A stretch of DNA of 64,000 bases from Mycoplasmatales bacterium (GTDB lineage: Bacteria > Bacillota_I > Bacilli_A > CBDATW01): NCBI GenBank assembly GCA_965226165.1, contig OZ245334.1:205853-269852 (forward strand), in the 5' to 3' direction. The translations under genes were made by a program, and so were the position numbers. Numbering within the stretch: position 1 is the stretch's first letter; each line of letters starts with the position of its first letter. This document shows, in pieces, positions 58,201-64,000 of the stretch. Under the pieces are notes generated by a model that did not search any database, was not told the DNA's origin, and saw only the letters and a program-made list of their open reading frames with translations.

Positions 58201-61200
58201 TCTTACAAAATAATGTGGACCATCTCCTGTTGTTTCTCAAGTTGGGCCACTTAATGCTTTTGCTTTATCAGTAGTTCTTCAAGTGTTATAAGCGCTATTT
58301 GATGCTGAATTTGAAACCCATGTATCAAAACTTCTTTTTATTCTTACTCCAGAATTTACATAAGCAGTTTTTTGTTGTTGATAAAAAGCACTAGCTTTAA
58401 AATCATTCATTAAAGCTGTATGTCCAGCTTCTGATGTTTTTCATTTTTCATAATCAATTGTAAAATCAGTTGTTCCCACTCAATTACTTTTACTTCTTTT
58501 GGTAAAATTACTTCTAGCCCATGTATTTAAACCACTACGATAATTACTAGTTTTATTAAATAGTGCTTTAAGTTTTTTTTGTCCATAAGCTGAACTTTTA
58601 AAACTATTATAGGTTGTGTCAAAATCAGCATGTAATTTTCATTGATCTTTTGAAGGTTTGTTGTTTTCAAATCAAGCATTTTTTGTATTTTGATAATCAT
58701 CTGTTGTTTTGTAATATTCTTTTAATGATTCTTCAAAAGCATTTTGATCACCACTTTTATATTCATTATAAAATCAATTATGTTTAAACTCATTAAAAAC
58801 AGTATCATTCATATCAAATCAATCTTCCATTGCAACTTTAAAAGCTGGTGACTTCATAAATGCAGCTTTTAAGTATTCTTGACCCTCAGCTGAATTTTTT
58901 CAAGCAGTATATGCGACATTTGAATCAACACTATTTGCTCAAGCTTTTTTATCATCACTATAAGCATTACTTTTTTTATAACTTATTTCATAAGCAGCTC
59001 TTGCTTCAGGAGATTGTTTTCAAGTTTTTAATTTACTATTATAATAGTTTTTTAAGTCTTTTTGATAAGCTGGTGATTTTTTATATTCTTCTTTAAGGAT
59101 GTTTTCACCAGATGCAGCTCTTCACTTGTTATAGGCACTATTAAAGTTACCATTTTTTCAATAATCATATGATCTTTTAGGTGATGCAGGGTTAGTTCAA
59201 TTACCATAATCAGTGTCTGAAGCTGCTTGGGTTATGTAAAATTCAAAACCATTAGTTTTAGTTCCAGATGCCTCATTTCTTCAATTGATAAAATCATTTT
59301 GATAATCAGTATCATTTTTATATAAAACTTCAGCATTAGGATCAACTCAATTATTATATGCTGTGATAGCAGCACTTGTTACCTTAAACAAGTTTATTCC
59401 CGTATTATTATTAGCAAGTCATGTTGATAATTCACTTTGATAATTACCATTACTTTCTGTATATTTATTTTCTTTATAAGTTTCATATTCGACACTAAAA
59501 TCTTTAGCAGCAACAATTGGATCATTTAATCATTTTGCTTTTGCTCATATTTCAAATTTAGTATCATAATCAGCTTGGTTATTAGTTTTATATTCATTTT
59601 TTAATCAACTTATATATTCACTATTTGTGGCATCAATCCCATTTTTTTGCATTCATAAGTTTTTATAGTTTCCTAAGAAGGTATTATCAGCAAGTGAGGT
59701 GTTAGCATTTAATTTTTCACTTAGAAGGTTTTTATAATCTCTTCCCCCTCAATTAGCTCCATTTCAAGCATACATATCAGCATTAGCATCAGTTAATCTT
59801 GAATCTGAATAATAAGTTTGTAGGATTTTTTGCACAACTTTATAAACTCGATCATTTTTAGTAAAAGAAGAATTATTAGCACGACGAATTCTAAAATTAA
59901 TAAAATCATTTCTATTTCTTCCAGCCGAAAGAACTCAACTTCTAATTGTTGGTTTTTTGTTGCCTTCAATTCAATCATTTAAATCTAGACCTTGATTATT
60001 AATCAAAGTTGTATATTCACTTGTTGCTTCATATTCAGCTTGCAAGACATCTAAACCTTGTTGAGTTTTTCAATTGCTATATTCATTTTCTTTATATTTT
60101 TCTAAAGTATCTAAATTAGCAAAATTAGTGTTAAATCAAGTGTCTTTTTTAGTTGTGTAATCATTATTATCATCTCTTTTTCAAGCATCCAAAGCATCAC
60201 TTGACCTCGTTCAATTAGAGTAATCTTGATTAGCAAAAGAAGAACCTAAATAAAAGTCAATATCTCTTTTGGCATCATTTGCACCAATTCAAGTATCTCT
60301 TTTAGTTGCATAATCATTTTGATCTTCTCATTCATCCTTTAGTGCACTTTCTCCACTTGCAGAAATTTTATAATTATCATATTGATCACTTGCATGTTGG
60401 GTGTCTTTTCAAAAGTCTTTTGCAGGTTTATTACCAGCAATTCAAGCATCTCTTTTAGTTGTATAATCATCTTTTGTTTCTCAATATGTTTTTAAAGCAA
60501 GACCTGCGCCAATAGTGGGTTTTCATTTATTATATGTTTTCTTGGCATCATCAGTGTCATTTCATAAAGTTTGACTTCTTTTGCTTGTATAATTATTAGT
60601 AATTCAAGTGTCTTTTTTTGTTTTATAATCATTAGTTTTAAAATAAACTGGACTTAGGGCAGCAATTCCTTTACTTGAAACTCTTCAACTATTATAGTAA
60701 CTATTTGAGTAACTTGAATTAATTCAAGTGTTTTTAGTCCTTTTAATTGGATTAGCAGCAATTCAAGCATCTCTTTTAGCAACATAACCAGTATTATTTC
60801 ATTGAACTGTTCAAGCATGTTCTAACATATTTGCATTATGAGGAATGGCAATGTGAGCTTTATATGAAGTTTTTGCTGAATCAGAAGCAGCTCAATAAGT
60901 TCTACTTGGCTTATTGTTAGTAATTCACAAATCTCTTTGTTTAGCATAGTTTTTTAAAGTTTGATGATATGTTTTGGCACCATCATCTGTGTAACCATTA
61001 GTTTTTCAATTAGTATAAGATGAAATTCCTTCATTAGTTTGACTTCATTCATCCATACTTCGCTTATTTGTATAATCATTTAACAATCAATCATTTCTTT
61101 GATTAATGTAATCATTAGTTGCTAAATAACTAGGTTTTAAAGCATTACGACCACTACTAGTAACTCTTCAAGTGTCATAATTTGTAGTTGAAGTAACTAA

Positions 61201-63348
61201 CCCAAGTCAAGTTGTTTTATCTCTTTTAATTGCAGTATCATTAATTCATTTATCTCTTTTAGTTGTGTAGTCTGGTAAGGTTTTTCATTCACTTTGCAAT
61301 GCTTGTTCTCCCCCTGATGAATTTTTTCATTGATCATATGCACTTGTTCCAAGAGAACTATTTTTTCAAACATCTTTACTTGGTTTGTTAATAGTTAATC
61401 AAGCATTTTTTTTCGTAGTAAAATCATTTTGAGTTTGTCAATATGTTTTTAAACTTGTTTCATTATTGGCAACAGCTTTTCAAGTATTATATTTACTTGT
61501 CCCATCACTAGTCAATGCTCAAGTGTCAATACTTCTTTTATTGGCATAATCATTTAATAATCAATCATTTCTTTGGTTAGTGTAATCATTAGTTGCTAAA
61601 TAGTTAGGTTTCAAAGCATTACGTCCACTATCACTAACTCTTCAAGCATCATAATTAGCATTTGAAGCATCTAGTCCAAGTCAAGTTGCTTTATCACTTT
61701 TAATTGAAGTATCATTAATTCATTTATCTCTTTTAGTTGCATAATCACTTTGGGTTTGATAATGTGTCTTTAATTTATTAATTGCTTCTTGACTTTGTTT
61801 TCAATTATTATAAGCATTACTTGCATCAAGAGAACCTGCTCAATCATTTTTACTAGAAGCTTGAGCATTAATTCAAGCATTTTGTTTAGTAGTGTAATCA
61901 TTTAAAGATTGTCAATGAGCTTTTAAGGAATCTTGAACATTAGGATTTGTTTTCCAGGCATTAAAAGCATTACTTGCTTCATTAGTTTGGGCTCAATCGT
62001 TTTTACTTCTTTTGTTTGCATAATCATTTAATAATCAATCATTTCTTTGAGTAATATAATCATTACTTGCTAAATAATCAGCTTTTAAAGCATTACGTCC
62101 ATTATCACTAACTCTTCAAGCATTATATTTAGTGTCAAAATCATTACTTTGAGCTCATTGGTTTTTCCCTGAACTTGATCAACTATTTTTGGCATTAATA
62201 TATTCATCCTTAGCCGTAATAATGTCTTCAATCTTTTTGTTACCATCTTGGGAATTTTTGAATTTTTCAAATTCATTTGCTCATATGTTTTCATCATTTT
62301 TGAAATTATCAAAAGTTTTTTTACTTGAATAAACATTTACTCATTGATTTAATTTGTTTTGATAATTTTGGGTTGTTTTTCAATAATTAATTATGTTTTG
62401 TTGATAATTAGCACCTTTAGCTCATTTATCAAAAAAGTCTTGTCCTTGCTTTGATAAAACTCAATTGTTTTTATTTAGTTTTTGGTTTTGAGCACTTAAA
62501 TAAGCATTTTTAGAACTTTGGTAATCATTTGTTAGTTTTCATTTATTTTCAAAAAAGTTACTAGCAGCATTAGCTTTTTTTCATTCATTAAATTTAGTTA
62601 CAAAATTAGTTGTTTGACTTCATTCTTTTTTATTTAATCTTTGTGGACCTTTGCTAATCCAGTCTGCTTTGCTTTCGTTATATTTCAAAGATTTTTTAAA
62701 ATATTCTTTTAAAGAATCAAGATTTTCTTGTTCCTGGATTTCTGATTGGAATTTTTCTTTATATTGTTCTGATTTTAAAGCAACTTCTTTAAATGATTCT
62801 TCACTTCTTTTTTGTCCTTTTGATCAAGAAGTTAATTCTTGATTAAATTTATCACTCTTATTAAAAGCAGTTTTTAAAGCTTCTACTCCTGCTTTTGATG
62901 TTCTTCATGTTTCATAAGTTGATGTTGCATCACTTGACTTTAATCAATCTCCAAAAAGTTGTGCTTTTGTTTTAGGTATAACTGGTTGAGAAGAACTTGA
63001 ACTTGATGATGAAGAACTTCCTCCACCACCTCCAGATGAAGAAGAACCTCCTCCTCCACCACCTGATGAAGAAGAACCGCCTTCTTCCTCTTCAAGTGAG
63101 GTGATTTCCTCTTGTCCTTCAACAGGAACTTCAAGTTCTGGTTTTAAAACTTCTTTTCCTTCAGTGGTTTCTTCAGTTTTTAAACTTTCATTGTCTTTAT
63201 TCTTTGCAGATTTGTTAGATTCTTCTGCAACTGCAGAGACAACTACAGATGTTCCTCCGACTACAGTTGTTGCTGTTGAAACAACTTTAATTGACCCAAT
63301 ATAAGGGGTTGCAGAGACTTTTTTTGTTAAGAGAAGTAATTTTTTCAT
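52258..63348 (-). CDS. Giant Trp-periodic repeat surface protein, paralog C (~3696 aa)
   Basis: One code-4 frame with no TAA/TAG in about 20 lines spot-checked across 11 kb; Ser/Gly linker, shared N-module QLFGDWLKS, repeats, shared C-module. Confidence 0.78.
53346..54005. repeat. ~210-bp imperfect direct repeat, 450-bp period, inside paralog C
   Basis: 53346-~53555 vs 53796-~54005 share long identical runs (e.g. ATTTAAGTAATCAGCTTCACTATTAAG; TTTGGATCATTTCAACCTTGATAATCACTATCTGATTGATTAGATGC). Confidence 0.9.
61072..62130. repeat. 474-bp-period imperfect direct repeat inside paralog C
   Basis: ATAATCATTTAA(C/T)AATCAATCATTTCTTTG...AAAGCATTACG(A/T)CCA recurs at 61072, 61546 and 62020. Confidence 0.88.
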
Positions 63349-63401
63349 TTTGTTACACCATTTTAGTTTTTGTTTTTTGATTTTGTTTTTTTATCAAAGA
63401 A

Positions 63402-63429
63402 ATAATATAGACTTATTTCAAAAAGTCAA
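63402..63429 (-). promoter_or_regulatory. Putative promoter of paralog C
   Basis: TTGACT-16nt-TATTAT on minus strand. Confidence 0.45.
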
Positions 63430-63567
63430 TATTTTTTTAATAAAAATCTTTAATTTGTCCTCTTATATAAGCTTAATCAAATTCTTCTTTTAACCAATTT
63501 TAAATATTTTTAATTTTTAAAAAGAAAAATGTTATAATTTATAAAAATTAAGAAAGATTTAATAATT

Positions 63568-64000
63568 ATGCATAAAACTTTATTATTCTCTTTAATTGCT
63601 ACTTCTTGTAGTTTTATTAAAGATCCAAACCTAAGTGCAAATAACCCAAAATACCAAACTAGTCTTTGAAATATTGATCCTGAGGCAATTGAGTGTAAAG
63701 ATCGAGAAATTAACACTGATTCACAAACAAGAAAAAGTTTTATATGTGATTTTGAAGCTTTTGATATTGAAGTTATTGATCTTGAGCAAGAAAGTTTAAA
63801 ATCAAAAGAAACATTAATAAAAGTTTATGAATGAATGATTAAAACAACTTTTCATGGTAGTGAAATCTATGCCTTAGAAAAAGTTGTTTTTGATGGTGAT
63901 TCTAAAACTCAAAATGTTTTAGGGTCATATGATCCAAGAAGAAAAATTATCCAACTTTTTCCTAACAATCCATATGCTAGGAGAGAAGTTCAAGTTTTAA
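63568..64000 (+). CDS. Lipoprotein, paralog of the 18568-20040 metalloprotease (3' end runs off window)
   Basis: Lipobox IATSC; SFICDFEAFDIEV vs SFICGFDAFDIEV, GSEIYALEKVVFDG vs GSEVYTLNKIIFDG, LFPNN in both. Confidence 0.85.

Noticed and set aside
40616-62900. Many short Ile/Met/Leu-rich ORFs in the track, or an apparent gene desert
   Set aside because: They are alternative-frame or antisense shadows of the three giant code-4 ORFs
52258-63348. CRISPR array or DGR template/variable repeat pair
   Set aside because: Repeats are in-frame, imperfect, with 450/474-bp periods; mismatches are not adenine-restricted; no cas or reverse transcriptase gene visible
63510-63716. 68-aa minus-strand ORF
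   Set aside because: Antisense to the plus-strand lipoprotein starting at 63568, which has a clear paralog in the window

Overview
Very AT-rich Mollicutes (Mycoplasmatales-like) chromosomal window using genetic code 4 (TGA = Trp). The window carries a tRNA-Trp(UCA) gene as well as tRNA-Trp(CCA), and the supplied code-11 ORF fragments join in frame across TGA into full-length genes. All coordinates below are re-called under code 4. Almost all genes are on the minus strand. The left ~40 kb is mostly housekeeping: gatCAB, ligA, GT2/DUF2304-like, pcrA, asnS, tsaEBD, a YumC-type reductase, a DUF2779-epimerase-nagA-nagB-thiT-DUF402 run, 5 tRNAs, trxA, degV, lipoproteins, an ABC exporter, proS, grpE-orf-dnaK-dnaJ, prfA and eno. 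The main result is a family of four large N-terminally anchored Trp/Tyr-periodic repeat proteins (~795, 2132, 1639 and 3696 aa), three in tandem over 40.6-63.3 kb and almost invisible in the code-11 track. They share N- and C-terminal modules and two ~50-aa repeat types, carry paralog-specific insert domains and show higher-order DNA repeats. HEXXH surface metalloprotease-type genes flank them. Reading-frame continuity of the giant ORFs was spot-checked by eye, not computed, and no database search was run.
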